Positions 50,964 through 64,000 of a stretch of DNA of 64,000 nt are shown piece by piece. Position 1 is the first letter of the stretch; the number at the start of each line of letters is the position of its first letter. The position numbers were made by a program, and so were the translations under genes. Source of the stretch: Bigelowiella natans CCMP2755 (lineage: Eukaryota; Protista; Cercozoa). Location of the stretch: assembly GCA_000320545.1 (NCBI GenBank), contig ADNK01000166.1, positions 25,109 to 89,108 of the forward strand, in the 5' to 3' direction. The notes beneath the pieces are model-generated. The model was given only the letters and a program-made list of their open reading frames with translations, had not been told where the DNA came from and searched no databases.

Positions 50964-51229
50964 GTAAATGTATAAATATTTTAAGCTCGCCTTGGGAATA
51001 CTTCGGAATCAACGATTTATCGATTTCCTCCAAGGAACCCAGTAGTAGAGGTCATCACCTTGCATTAGCACGTACCTACACAAACATAACACCATAGCTG
51101 CATCATTGATTTTGAATTTTATAATAGGGAGCCCTGATAGCGTTGGCTCTGGTCGCGACTGCCATAGCATCAATTGATGCGAGTACTGTAAATCAGTTCT
51201 TCAATTGCTATGATCGGATCGCCGCCTAG
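50359..51229 (+). CDS. Possible small spliced gene (hydrophobic protein)
   Basis: ATG near 50359, strong donor GTGAGT near 50490, candidate last exon GALIALALVATAIASID...RIAA*. Followed by a convergent-type intergenic tract. Confidence 0.3.
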
Positions 51230-52339
51230 CCTCACGTGCAAAGTTTGTAATAATAATATTGATAAGGCAGCCGGCTGCATGCTCCCCACAACGGCCTTGC
51301 ACGTATTCTTGTTAAGATGTCAAAAGGGTACATAGTTTGGGTGCTACGATCGAGGGCGAGCATTTTGCTTTTCGAGCAGCTTAGCTGGCGCGGGCATGTA
51401 TAGCTACACTCATCGGACAGACAGGCTCTACAAGATAGATGTACATCCGCCAATGATGTACGCCGCGTATGCATTGTGTATATTAAACACCAACGTACAA
51501 AGTGCGGTATGGTGGCGTAGCTGAGTTGTTACGCTGTATTGCTATTCTCGAATTATATTATGTTTCGGGTTATGGTTGTGAGTACCGAGGTCCAGTTTCA
51601 TCAATCGTGTAGTCCTTTGTCTCGCGACACCCAAATGCACACGACCAAAAAATGAGCGCATGTTTTTCTGTCGTAGAGATAAGTAAGTGCAATCATCTGT
51701 TGCCCTTATAGTCTAGTTAATGCCGATGAGAATCGGCATACGTTGAGGGCATAGCATGTGTGTACTATCTAGCTATGCGCAATTATAATAAAGCTATGTA
51801 TAGCACATGCTAGCATGTAGCGACTAGTTGACACCATGCGCACGCATCATACTGAGCCCCATGCAGCCATCATTATGTCAGATCAACAGGCCTTTGCGAT
51901 GCCTAGCTAGCAGGTGTGGAAATCAGGGTCGTATTCAAGCTGTGCATGACTACTGGCGCGAGTTATTCCCACATGCAAAGCATATTCTATGGCATGGAGC
52001 TGTGAGAGACACGTATTTACTACAAGTATATACTTAGTATAAGTCTCTTACGTACATGCATACAAGAGATAAGAGACACGTTTTTTCTACAAGTATATAC
52101 TTAGTCTCTTACAGCTCGCTTGTATGCACAGCTGACATTGTACGCACGCTGGGGTATAGGGGTCTCATGACAAGCACGTATGACTCAGCAGCAGCCTCAT
52201 CATTGTGCGCTGGTCATGCATCCATTCACTTCGTATCCTTCGCATTCTCAACCCTGATCATCATCGAAGACCTCCCGCTCGACCTTCTTATTCAGAAAAA
52301 GCGGGAGGGCCCGCAGCAAATAGGCTCCAGCAAGTGCTG

Positions 52340-52856
52340 TCACGCTGTGGTGAAGCTCTCTCGTGTCTTGAGCTGAATCATACTACTTTTCATCGATTTC
52401 GTATCGTTTTTACTATCTGTTCTGCTAGCATCATTTACTACAATTCTTCCTGCAGGCGTTCCGCTCCCGCTCTTATTGAACTGCTGCATCCGCCCTCCTG
52501 CAGCAGTAGGCGTCGCCATCGAAGTTGATGTCTTCTTGAGGGTATCACCCCCTCCAGCATGAGAGAGTAGATCATCTTTCGACCGTGCTCTCTCCCGGGG
52601 CTCCCCTGCCGTCATCCCAGCAGCCGTACCTGCCTTTCCGTCGTTGGAAGCTCGATGGCTGCCGCCATTGCTACGCCTCCTACTACCACCACCACCACCA
52701 CTCCTCCCGCTCCTTCCGAGTGTTTTCCCGCAGAACTTATGTTCGAGACGCAGGAAACCTTGCTTACCCCGCATGTGGCTACGGTGACCACGCTCTCGCA
52801 GGATGAAGACCACGCTAGAAGCTGTCCGGTGGCGAATAGTAGAGGTTGTGTGTGTA

Positions 52857-52894
<38 letters not shown>

Positions 52895-54029
52895 ACGGGT
52901 GGTTCTATTCTATCCGTGAATGATGTGTGTTAACCCCTCCGCCCCCCCCCCCCCGAAACACGTCACACAATGAAATACCTGCTAGTACCGCCACTCCAAA
53001 CTCGGAAGGGAGCAGTATGTTGCACCCATCCGGCAACTGAGAGAGCAGTATCTACATACGACGTAGTACGCACTCAAATACGAATGACCATATAACACAC
53101 ACAGACGTTAACATCCTAGTAGGATCTCCCCTCGGAGTTCTTCTCCACCACCTCTTCACCCAATATCAGATACAGGAAAGAGAGTAGTTTCCTACTCCTA
53201 TCCTCCCACCCCCCCTCTCCATATTTAATTATACCAAAAGTTCGGCTGCGAGGTGCAACAGAATCACCCAGCCAATTCTAACAGGCGAGGACCTTTCATA
53301 CCTACAATTTTGTTGCCTTGATTATTCTACAACTTTGAGTGCTGGAAGCACAAATGATTATTGCATGGCTGAACTATGTCATAGTTGCGAATCATCAAAT
53401 AGCAGCCCGCAAAACAAGCACAGAGAACAGAAACAGTAGCATTTTGAGAAATTCTGCCGACACTGAGCATGTCTACGAATTTGGCTCCCCAACATGGCAA
53501 CTAGTTGTGCCGAGGGAAGAATAGTCATCGATGGCATCAGCTTGAATTTCGAAATTCGATTACAAGATCATCCCGTACAAGTGATGAACATATCGTGAAA
53601 TGAATACCCATCAAACGCCATGGTCATCAGCAGCGCGTGGATGGTCTGAAAGGCAACTGACAGTCCCGCTGGAAGAAAGAAGACACCACACGTACATATA
53701 CTGCTGTGCAACTCTAATAATATCGCTTGACCGTTTTTTTTTTCAAAGAAAATCATTCTTGTATGATCATTCAGTATGAGTGCGCACGCGCACATGCACA
53801 CATCGATGGAAGACACAGAAAAATGCAAAAAAGTACAGAGGCACGCTGCATTGTCTTACCGCTTAGAGTGAAAACTGACATCTGCGTGCAGTGAGGGGAG
53901 TAAAGAGCGGCCGGGCCTTTCCACAAAAATAATCAAGCGGAATGTCGTATATAGCACCATTCGGAGATGTAGAGACAAGATCAATATGCGTGTGGGACGA
54001 AATAGGAAATTCTTATCATGACCACGCAG

Positions 54030-54061
<32 letters not shown>

Positions 54062-54864
54062 CCGCCACGCAATTACCAAGGCTGTGGCGTAGTATAAGCC
54101 CGAAAAGGGTCACGCTATGAACTAGGCCAAACGCAAGCCCGCAAGCTGAAATAATGGCAATGTAATTCAGGAGCAAGAGCGCCAATATCCACTCCTCCGA
54201 TCTATCTCAACCCACTCCTCCGATTACTTCGAACCTAAACTCGATGAGAGGTCTTGGAGGGCGAAAAATGAAGTTGCCCAGGCCGTGTGGAATGAGAATC
54301 TATCCTCACCTCGCCTTTTTCATTGATTGTCCATGCGGATTTCGGTCGAAAAATAGTCACAGAGAAAGAATCCGTCAAGTATTGCTTTGATTGTAATTAT
54401 GAATGAGAACAATAGGAGACAAATACCTGTAGAGTCTGAAGAAGATATAGCGGAAAATTTCAATCGAGAATACCCGCACTACAGGTTGAAGAGGGACAAA
54501 ACCCCACGATTTTAGATATTGTGACAATAAACGTCGGAGTAACGTTTTTGCGAAAAGTGAAGGGAGTGCATTCGGGACACGCACCAATTAGCTGAAGTAG
54601 ACGATTGATTTTAGAGGGAGGATCGCCGTCCAAATTAGTGCCGCCAGCAGCTGAGCCACGAGGAAGAGAACCCGCTTTCAGACAAGCCAATGTCAAGAGA
54701 ATCCGGTGGCAAAATGGATGCAGAGAAGAAAATTGTTGTAGCGATATATACAAGACAACCTACAACCTAATAAGCATCAACGGCCAAAGCTGTGGGGAGG
54801 ATGTGAGAGAGAGGAGGAGAGATCCTGCTGGGCCAAACGCAACGAGAAGGCTGCCGGCCTCCAT
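52340..54864 (-). CDS. APH1: Gamma-secretase subunit APH-1, multi-exon; apparent frameshifts in exons 1-2; 3' end uncertain
   Basis: GSLLVAFGPA...EIFRYIFFRLY...ACGLAFGLVHSV...SLGPAALYSPHCTQMSVFTLSAGLSVAFQTIHALLMTMAFDG fits the Aph-1 pattern. Confidence 0.8.
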
Positions 54865-56326
54865 CGCTGGTTGGTTCTGCAGTGCTGGTTGCCGTTTTTA
54901 TCCGAAAATGGAGCATCCTCGCTCCATTTTACGTACATTCGAGGCCAATTTACAGGGAAATCCTAGGAAATCCTGGAAATCGTGTAATAAATTTGTGTGA
55001 GCATTTCCAGTACGTGATCCTTTCTACCGATCATCCATCTACGTACGACTCGTATCGTTGCCTTGATGACGATGACGATGACGATGAGGACAGGTTTCAA
55101 CGGGCTCTTTTCTACCAAGTTGTGCCCATTGTTTGTTTGTTTTCGGTGAAAAAAGAATCGACTAGATCTGCCAACAACATGATGACAATAATTTTCGAAC
55201 GTGTCGCACGATCGTGATTCGGTCCAGCGATATTATTCCGACAGTGTCCGGCAATATCGCGGGGGTGAATGTAACGGCCGCGTACGTAAGCAATCCAACG
55301 TGAACCGTTGCACTCGTATTTCTTCCCGCAATTTTTTCTACTCAGCTGCTCCCTCGGTACAAAATGATGCATGAACTGCGAAGTGAGCAGTGGAAGCGCG
55401 AAGGCGAAGGTCGCGCGGGAAACTGAAAACCTCGAAAATATTTTTCGGGTACATGATTTTAGGTATTTCTCGTAAATAATTTCTTGGTTTTTTTCGGCTC
55501 AAAAGATTTTTCCTCCAAGTTGGCGCCAACTCCTTTCGATTTAACTCCTCGAACCGGCGTAATGTTTAAGGAGAAAAGGTCTGATCATCAACTTATACAT
55601 TGTGGGAAAGATTCAATTTATTACAGATAAATTCATGTCTTAGATATAAGATTTGTGGATATATTTAAATTTTGAAGTGATATTTATACAGTCAATTTGC
55701 TTAATATATTTGCTGCTGTGCGAACTTTCGTTAGATTTGATTTTATTTTTGTTACAGCCCGAAAGACAACTCATGACTCGACGGATTGTTCTGAAATTCG
55801 CTCGTAGATCGAGAATAGAGAGGCATTCGCCCTGCGTTCACAACCGGTTTCTACTTTTTCCGGAGTTCGTTAGGATTTGATAAAAGTCCTGGTTCGGGGA
55901 GCAACGCAAATTATCGTGGATTTCGGTACAAAATATTCGATAAAGAAGAGTTTGCTCTCTCTTTCGCTTAATTTATTTCTCTCTATCTCTCTTTCTCTCT
56001 CACTTTCCCTCTCTCGCTTTAACGAGTACGACCTGAACATACAAATCGCCCGCCCTCAGCGCGGCAACCCCCCTCTTCGCTACAATGATGCCGCTTCCAT
56101 CCAAAACTGCACGACGAACCCCAATGAGGCCTCGCACCAATGTTTCCAAAGTGACTGAGCGAGTGAAGCCCGTGACTCCGGCGGCAAAAAATGGCGAACT
56201 CACAACTCCATCGAACCCCATGTTGCCGCCATTTGGAGCAGATACGAAAATCGGCCAGAGGTTCGAGCAACTTTCCCAATCATCCTTCCTATATCGTAGA
56301 CTTACTAATACAATGTTTTTCTCAGT

Positions 56327-58645
56327 ATGGGCGCTCCTGGAAGGACCATAGCGAGAACTTCGCAGATGACTGCGCTTGATCCGAAGGTTCTGCGATTTAG
56401 CGCAGGATCTCCTCAAAACGATACACAGGCTCCCAGCGAGTCTCCCAAATTTATTTGCCAGCTACTAGAATGTAGAAAGCCTCACTTTGGCACCTACGGA
56501 AGTGGGAGATTCTGTGGCAAGAAATGTGCAAGATCCTACTCAGCAAAGTGCTACCATGGACATAAGACGAAGGATTCGTCTAAATCTCTTTCAAGTACCG
56601 GGAACACCGCAGCTTCTCGTCGATCAGTTAGCAGACCAAACGCTTCCGAGCAATCATCCGTTGAGGGTGGTTCCAAGTACAGGTGCCAAATTTGTGGTAA
56701 GGAATGCCCAAGCTCTCAGAGCTTAGCTGGGCATACGAATGCCTGCCGTCGTCGAAACTCAGCTGGGATCACTTCAAAAGCGAGCAAGAATAAAAATGCT
56801 GCCAGCAATTCCGGTGCTCGCCAACAGCTTACTACGTTGCTGAAACGTTATGCTCCATCGAAGGTGAGCAATGTCGATCGCCTCTTGAAGATTTATGCGG
56901 GTCGAGAACGCGAACTTATCAACAAAATTTGGCACAAGTACAAAAAAGGCGGAGAGGAATACGATTCAGAATTAGAAGATTCTATGAACTATGCTCCCCA
57001 ATCTGCGAACGGGCATTGCGATGATGAAATGGGAAACGTCCCGTTGCAATCAGAAAGCGAAGAAGAGCGGCAATCATTCGAGGATGATGCTCGCGCCCTT
57101 TCTCATCTCTCTGCTCTTGTAGCTGCGCGTGAGGCAATTCTTTCCAGAGAAAACTCTTCTGCCTCCTTTCAGTCTCCTGAAAAGACTAGGGAAGAATATG
57201 AATACTCCCTATCTAGACCTGCGGAGAAAAAAGTATCGTCCCAAGTCTCAGCCCTTCGATATGGACGGCAACATCAGCAGCAAGAGATAGATGATTACTC
57301 GGACATGGAGTCAGAAAACACTGAAATAACAAGCGAAGGACTTTCTGGAGAAGAATACATCTCAAGAATGGACGCACAACGTCAAGTAACAGTAACATTT
57401 GATGGAAAGAATGTTGCCTATTCAAAATTACCTCCTCGTGCACGGGGGGGGAGCTTGATGATTCCTGGGGTAGGTCAGATGATGGATTGCTACAGAGGTT
57501 CGTGCGTGACCCCTACGACGTTAGCACAGGATCAGAGAGTGCCTTTTGGGTCCGTCGTCGGGATGAAAGCAAATAAAGATCTTACCTTTTGTAGGAAAGA
57601 CAAATCCCTTGGTCTCCTTTGCTCAAGATTCATAAAACAGCGCGAACAGAGCAGTCATAAGCACTTCCTCGTCGATGAATCGGCCGCGAAACTTGGCGGT
57701 CGCCGCAGGCGCTTGTATGACATCATTAATATACTGGAAAGTATCGGCATTGTCTCCTCCTTGGGACGGAATAAGTATGTTTGGCATGGCACCACAATGC
57801 TTCGTGGCTGCTTGTCTCAATTGTACGATGAAATAAAAACGAAAACGGTCAGGGGAGTGGGAAACAGTCTCATGACGTATGGTCCTACAGATGACAAGCA
57901 ATATAAGAAAGGCATATTGGGGCTACGACAGCTTACACAGCAATTTGTACAAATGTTTTTCACTAACCCTCAGCGAATCGTTAGCCTTGAGGATGCAGGA
58001 AGCTTTCTCTTTAGAGAACATCCTTATCAAGCAACACTTAAATCTAAGAAGAGAAGGCTTTATGACATCGCCAACGTTCTTGTGAGTGCCAAGCTTCTAG
58101 CAAAAGTTCGTTTTAAGGATGAGCGGCAACCGGCGTTACTTTGGAAAGGTGCAGGTGTTTTCGCTCTTAACAGCACTGAACCGGCCGAGAATTATATTCT
58201 ATGTGACGATATCCGGGTCGCTCACCCACTCCACACCGAAGCATCGAGCATGCAACAGAATCTATCCACTTTTAAGACTCCAGGTTCGAAGAGATCTTTG
58301 GAAGCAGTATCAAATATGGGTTTCTCTCAAAACGAGAAAAGATACAAAACTGAAAGCAGTTCTTTAACAACAAGAGGGTATCGCACAAATGGTGTCGAAG
58401 TTATGAATTACGGAGTTAAATCCGCGTATCCTGGACAAATTCCACCTTTAGAGTCCGAATTGGCAAAAAGTCGTGGACTATCTTCAACAAAATATTTTAG
58501 CACGAATTCTTCTGATGCATTTCAAGCACAATTGATATATCAAAAAGTGGTATCTAAGGAGGACACCCAAAAGTTGGGAGGGAACAAGGAAGCAATACTA
58601 AACATCATCCAAAAGGTTTTGCAGGCAAAACGACAGATGGAATAA
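56327..58645 (+). CDS. Atypical E2F (E2F7/8, DEL-type) transcription factor with N-terminal zinc-finger motifs; single ORF
   Basis: Two E2F DNA-binding domains: RKDKSLGLLC...RRRLYDIINILES...YVWHG and LRQLTQQFVQMF...KRRLYDIANVL...WKG. No DP-dimerisation region recognised. Confidence 0.92.
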   Translation: MGAPGRTIARTSQMTALDPKVLRFSAGSPQNDTQAPSESPKFICQLLECRKPHFGTYGSGRFCGKKCARSYSAKCYHGHKTKDSSKSLSSTGNTAASRRSVSRPNASEQSSVEGGSKYRCQICGKECPSSQSLAGHTNACRRRNSAGITSKASKNKNAASNSGARQQLTTLLKRYAPSKVSNVDRLLKIYAGRERELINKIWHKYKKGGEEYDSELEDSMNYAPQSANGHCDDEMGNVPLQSESEEERQSFEDDARALSHLSALVAAREAILSRENSSASFQSPEKTREEYEYSLSRPAEKKVSSQVSALRYGRQHQQQEIDDYSDMESENTEITSEGLSGEEYISRMDAQRQVTVTFDGKNVAYSKLPPRARGGSLMIPGVGQMMDCYRGSCVTPTTLAQDQRVPFGSVVGMKANKDLTFCRKDKSLGLLCSRFIKQREQSSHKHFLVDESAAKLGGRRRRLYDIINILESIGIVSSLGRNKYVWHGTTMLRGCLSQLYDEIKTKTVRGVGNSLMTYGPTDDKQYKKGILGLRQLTQQFVQMFFTNPQRIVSLEDAGSFLFREHPYQATLKSKKRRLYDIANVLVSAKLLAKVRFKDERQPALLWKGAGVFALNSTEPAENYILCDDIRVAHPLHTEASSMQQNLSTFKTPGSKRSLEAVSNMGFSQNEKRYKTESSSLTTRGYRTNGVEVMNYGVKSAYPGQIPPLESELAKSRGLSSTKYFSTNSSDAFQAQLIYQKVVSKEDTQKLGGNKEAILNIIQKVLQAKRQME

Positions 58646-59499
58646 ATGATGGAACAAGCTAGAATGAATCCTGCAAATGATAATGGAAATATGAACGAAG
58701 ATCTTCTCGATACCACATAGATATATCCACCAAGGAAAGTTGTACAGTAGCTCTTGAGAAATACAATGTTTCCCAAAATTGGAGAGAAGAAATGTTTACT
58801 AGCATAGAATAGAAGATAGCACCTACGAAATACACACGCAACGCAACGCTTAGTGATGCACACCTAATGACTAACTACAACACGGCGGCATGCTGTGAAT
58901 GAACGACTAATAGTCTAATTTCAATAATAAAATTCATTAATATCCTTTATTGACTGCGCACATGCTGGGGCCAAATCGCGCATGATGTGATTGTGGCCAA
59001 TCACAGCACACAACACATGTGTGTGGCTCTAGGGCTATGAACAAAAAGAATGGCAGGAAAACAATTCGAGGCATCATCGCGAATGCAACACACGCTAGTA
59101 GCACGGCCACAGCTAAATCTACATCACACGTGTGGTGCGTGATATGTTGCGTGCTGCGTACATGCGGCGTACTCTAGTACTGTTAGTTGCCGACCATTGT
59201 ATAGGCATATGCTTTTTCGCAACGCTGCTAATGATATAAGTTAGTATGCAGATAAATGAGGGCTTGCCGACGCAATGAGCAGAACAATGGATGGCTATGA
59301 TGATATCTACGATGTAGATGTATGTTATGAAATGTGTATCTTATATAGCGCTACGTACATGCACGTTCTTCGTTTGTTCGAACAATGATTGCAATATGCA
59401 TACATCGTAGACCGCAAGCAAAATGTAATGTTGGGAAGGCTGCAAGCTAAGTCAATACGGTCACATGCAAGCAGGCTAGCTAGAGAGGGGTGATGAGAA

Positions 59500-60723
59500 G
59501 CCGAGGACGATTACAGGTGTCCTAGTGTTACAGACTTTTGATTTCGTCGAAATTCTTCATGAAATGATAAATCCATACTATCTGCTTGTCATTGGTGTAG
59601 TTTCATCCTCACTGGTGTTATATTAGATATAGATAAGTCATATCACAAAGTGGATTGAAACTTGCGCTCCACCCAGATATCAAGCATTGAATAGCTGGTA
59701 ACTGACTGCCAGATTCTTTATCTAATTAATCGACCTGTTTCTATGTACGTGCTAGTTCACTGTTAAGGCGCTATTTCTTAAGATGTGGATTGGAAAATAC
59801 AATCCTGCAACCCCAAAGAATAAGAGAAAACCTGCTCCCCATCCGTAGAAAGCACCATGGAATACATATACAATGTACATGAAACAGTATTTGCGTTTTC
59901 TAGGGCTGAAATAATACTGAGCAACCATAAGTGCTGCCCCAATCCCGGAGGTAGCTACCGCGGTGGTAAGAAGGGAACGTAACGACGTTAGATGATCGAT
60001 GATCAAAAGAACCAGCAGCAACATGATTCTGTATTAAAACGTCCTCAAGCGGTGCGAAATATGACAGATATGACAAGCAACGGTCAATAGGCTTGGAACC
60101 TTTAAAGGCTAGAGTGGTTGTAGAGATCAGGGAGTGGATGTGTATTGCGTGTCTCCCTTTCCTTCCTCCAGAAGCCCAGAAGTGATCCAAATAATGCCTA
60201 TGGCTGCTGGATGTAGCGCCCTGTTTGCAGGTTAGATTTCGATGAAAAATGTACTGAATATTGGGCCTACGACATACTATTCGCTTGTCGTTTTGCACCA
60301 CTGTTCGTTCGTTTGCCAGGCGCCCAGCATCTTATCTCTTGTCAAATTCGCAATCATCAGCCTGGCAAGTTTGTCGCTCTGAAATAAACAAAACCGATGT
60401 CAAGATCGCGACAGGATTCGAATTCCCGGTACTACCGGGAGTATAAGACTGCTCCTTCTCGGCTGGATATTCAAAAGCGATTTGAATTTTCCCCCTCCGA
60501 ATGGCGTTTTCGTTCGGGCCTGCTTGACCACCGAACGAACCCCATTCCATCGCTGATTGAGGCTCTTGGGGTTGGCCCGTAAGAGCGGAAAAGGGATGAT
60601 ATTCTCTTGGTTGCTGCTGTTTTGCCTCTCCAACGGCCTGCTTGCCTTCTCATCGGAAACACAGCATGGTGAGGCACAGAGAGCCCCTTTCCATCGTTGC
60701 ATGCAATGCGAACCGTGACCCAT
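59500..60723 (-). CDS. Hypothetical multi-pass membrane protein; exon structure unresolved
   Basis: Hydrophobic segments in ORF 59752-60024 plus upstream minus-strand ORFs. No family recognised. Confidence 0.4.
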
Positions 60724-60999
60724 AATTTAGCATCGACATCATGAAAATACGGGCTTTAAGTGGGAAATATGACATTTTTAACCAGAATCCCGCGAGGAGA
60801 TGGCTTCCCTCCTAGCTCAGACCTCGTCTTCAAAGTCTCAATCGAAAACAAGTGCTGCAGTTTCAGGCATCCCAATCCTGGATATTTTTGCCGGAGGTTA
60901 AGCCGTCAATAAATTTCGTAAATAAATATCGCACATATTTCTTTCCTGCCAATTTTAATGTTTTGATGCTTTATATACACACACCGATACTGACAAGCA

Positions 61000-62541
61000 A
61001 TGGACATGTCAGGAGCTGATACTGATAAATCGTCTTCAAACGTCGCCCACCGTACGCACAAAAAGCAAGTAGAAAAGGAGAATGAAATATCAAACAAAAT
61101 AAGCGGTGTAAGTGGTGGGAATGCCAAGGACAGGATTGACTCCGACAAGCTATCATCTTTGCAAAGCAAGCATCCCCACCACCAACATGATCGCATGAGA
61201 GGTGGCGTATCTTCCAACGTGAACGCTGCAGTATCAACGACCACCATGATGGTCAGAAGGAGAATGGCGTGCGAAGGCTGCCAACGGTTGTCCGTCCTCA
61301 CACACCGACGACGTTTTGCAATTATTTTAGAGATAAAACTCCATATGAACATAAGAAGTCTGTGGTTCGGAAAAGGGGTTCTATGCCGACCTGCTGCCTT
61401 CTTAGCAAACCTTGGGGGCAGCTCTATTCTTTTCTATTTTTCTTCCAAACAACTACTTTATATCTATAGACACTTAATGTAAATCTGTACATATTTATAT
61501 TTATATGTGTATACATTGAATATCTCTTGTTCGTTGCAACGAGACACACGGCAACATCGCACAACTCTCCCCTCCCCCCCCGCAGACTGACAAGCAGCGC
61601 AACCTAATGACGATTTGCGGATCCTCCACCCTTATATGTGTTATTTAGCTTCAGCAGAGACCTGTTGGCCCATGCGGTGAGGTTGGATTTATCAGCCGAC
61701 GCTGTTGTTCGCAAAGGACAGGTCCGTCACGATACGCTCCTATTCGATTGCATTTCTCTTTCCCATAAGGAGTGCGTTTGGCATGAGTGAAAAACAGACT
61801 TAAGCACTGCAGAAGCATGTGATAATGCACACCTCGGTCGGTCCAAATTTGACCCGGTGTGCAGGGCAGTGCGGCGCTAGGGAGCCCATTTCTCCAACCG
61901 TGGTTGTTCTCACATTGAAAGATTATCCGTGTGTCAGGCCATTTGCGAGCGTATGGGACTTGGAGCTGAGCCCGCCAACATCCCTTGCTCTGTATACGGT
62001 AGTAACCACACCAGATCTCTGCATATTATCCGCCACCACGACGACATCAATAAACGTGCGTCGTCCATGTACCCTGCGAGGAGATGAATGGGAGAAACGC
62101 CCCTCTGCTACGCAGAACGGCCATTCAGCCCCGCAGAGGAACCTGATCATCACGTATCTGAATCTCAGGCAAGATGGCTGGGTTTCTTGCCAGGGGGGGA
62201 TTGCTTCGAGCGAACAAAAACCATGATGATGAGGTAGTAGCATCCAGTACCCTCTCTCCAGGCCTCCTCACTCGGGACTGTTCTCTTTTCTACTCGCGCC
62301 CTGCATGTATGACCTTGAATGCTATATTGCCAGGTTGACGTCGTCAAGTCTGCGACGGTGAAGTCTTTCTGCGATTACGCAATGCAGTGCAATACGGTTG
62401 GCTAACAACACAGGCACGCCGTTATGGCAGAAGAGGGGGAAGAAGAAGCCCTTTCTATGCAGTGTTTTTCTCGATTTTTTCCTTGAACCAGAGCCCTCCG
62501 TTGAAAAAGCCGCTCGCCCATATAACATAGACGCATGTTGT

Positions 62542-62591
<50 letters not shown>

Positions 62592-62665
62592 TATTAATAT
62601 ATATGTATAATTCAAATCCATACTCAACTTCGCAACAGGAAAAAAGCGTTGCACCTATGTAAAGA

Positions 62666-62697
<32 letters not shown>

Positions 62698-63360
62698 TCG
62701 TTGGGGACTCAATTGATTGGGGATTGTCAACGCTCAGGTGAGCGGTATGAGGCCTTCGTCTTCTGCTGCAAAGGCAGCAGCATCATTGTCTTCCTCGACG
62801 CAGAACGGACACGAGGGTGCCAAAAACAGAGCTAAAACCTCCTCCTCCTCCCTCTCGTCTCCTTCCCCAGAGATGAGCAGGCTTTCGTCGCAGGGGAATG
62901 GAAAAGACGTTCAAGGGGGTGCTGAGTTCCACAACCATGTTGCCTCTTCTTCTTCTTCCTCACCGCCTGAGATCCACGTCGTCGCTGCTGCTCAACGTCA
63001 GTCTCCCACCGCCACGACTACCGCCACTACCAGCGCCAGAACTGTGAAGAAACCCCGTAAGGAGAAGGAGAAGGGGGAGAAGGGCAGTAAAAGCATCGAG
63101 TCGCAGCACCAGCAGGAGGAGGAGGAAAAGAGCCATCACCGGCTGAATGAAAAGCACTTCAAAACCCTAGGCTCTACTCCTTCTTCTCCTCCTCCTCCTC
63201 CTCCTCCTCCTCCTCCTCCTTCGTCTGCTGCTGCTACTGCAGCTAGGGCTGGGGCTCAGGCCAAGGCGAAGGGGAAGGAGGTGCGCACTGCTACTACAGC
63301 AACTGCACGCACGTCGCCGCTCAATCATTTGAAGGTGATCCGAAGAAGTAGACCGAGATG

Positions 63361-63426
<66 letters not shown>

Positions 63427-64000
63427 ATTTATTTATGTGTCTATTGTTGCAATTATTCCCTGTGATGGTGATGAAGATGATGGTGTTGTTGTTGTAGTTG
63501 TTGTTGTAGTGCCTTCCTCGTAATAATAACTCGGCTGCTCCTGCCTCTCCTGCTGTCATGTTTCAGGAGGAGAAGGACAAATTGAGCAGCTACGCTGCTA
63601 CTGGTGCTGATTCTGCTCCCGTGGCGAATGATCATCATTCCGCTGTGGCAGACAGCTCGATGGCAAACAAGGAGATCTATGTGCGGTTGCGGGTATTACG
63701 AACGAATAACGACAGTGAAGATTACGATGACGATGTTACGTGCGATGATAGCAACAACCCAAACCTGAATGACGAATGAATGTCGAAGGGAACGTTTCCT
63801 TGCCACCGCCTGAATCACCCGCGTATCACCAACATATGATGACGCTCTCCCAACGTAATTATAAACGTATCCACAGGTTTCAGATGAAGGGGGGGGGTTG
63901 TCATCCGGCCGGCAGCGTATAGGAAGCCCTTCGTTTGCCATATCTTCGCTACGACTCTCGGAACAACTAGGTGAGAGATTAGCGAAGAACGCCCTCTACA
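61000..64000 (+). CDS. Hypothetical multi-exon gene, probably continuing past the window end
   Basis: ATG exon at 61000, candidate exons AICERMGLG..., NLIITYLNLRQDGW, VDVVKSAT and a low-complexity exon ~62738-63334, with GT-AG borders and microsatellite introns. Confidence 0.5.

Noticed and set aside
52006-52110. Short direct repeat (GAGACACG...CTACAAGTATATACTTAGT) as a CRISPR array or element end
   Set aside because: Only two degenerate units, no spacer array, no cas genes, eukaryotic context; a local duplication.

Overview
Gene-dense nuclear DNA from an intron-rich eukaryote using the standard genetic code. It is probably a protist; the gene set would fit an amoeboid alga such as a chlorarachniophyte, but the sequence does not prove this. 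About 16-17 host genes alternate in strand: EML-like WD40 (+), GNAT acetyltransferase (-), orphan intronless ORF (+), proteasome alpha-1 (-), ARF1 (+), SmD3 (-), CWF18 (+), actin-fragmin-kinase-like (-), ZSWIM7 (+), hypothetical (-), bacterial-type propeller/YfaP fusion (+), PPR (-), a weak small gene (+), APH-1 (-), atypical E2F (+), membrane protein (-), hypothetical (+). The main result is a ~6.1 kb transposon island (14.85-21.0 kb) holding a non-autonomous LTR element and a 5'-truncated LINE, from which the dinucleotide TpA has almost vanished (about 3 left, counted by eye). Conserved RT tyrosine/leucine codons, the tRNA primer-binding site, the LTR ends and the LINE tail all show TA->TG or TA->CA changes. 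This is the opposite direction to fungal RIP and suggests a repeat-directed T:A->C:G hypermutation system. Every tail-to-tail intergenic gap has a related TGCA/CATG/CTAG-rich signature, which links the process to convergent termination zones. All domain calls are from motif recognition by eye, not database searches.
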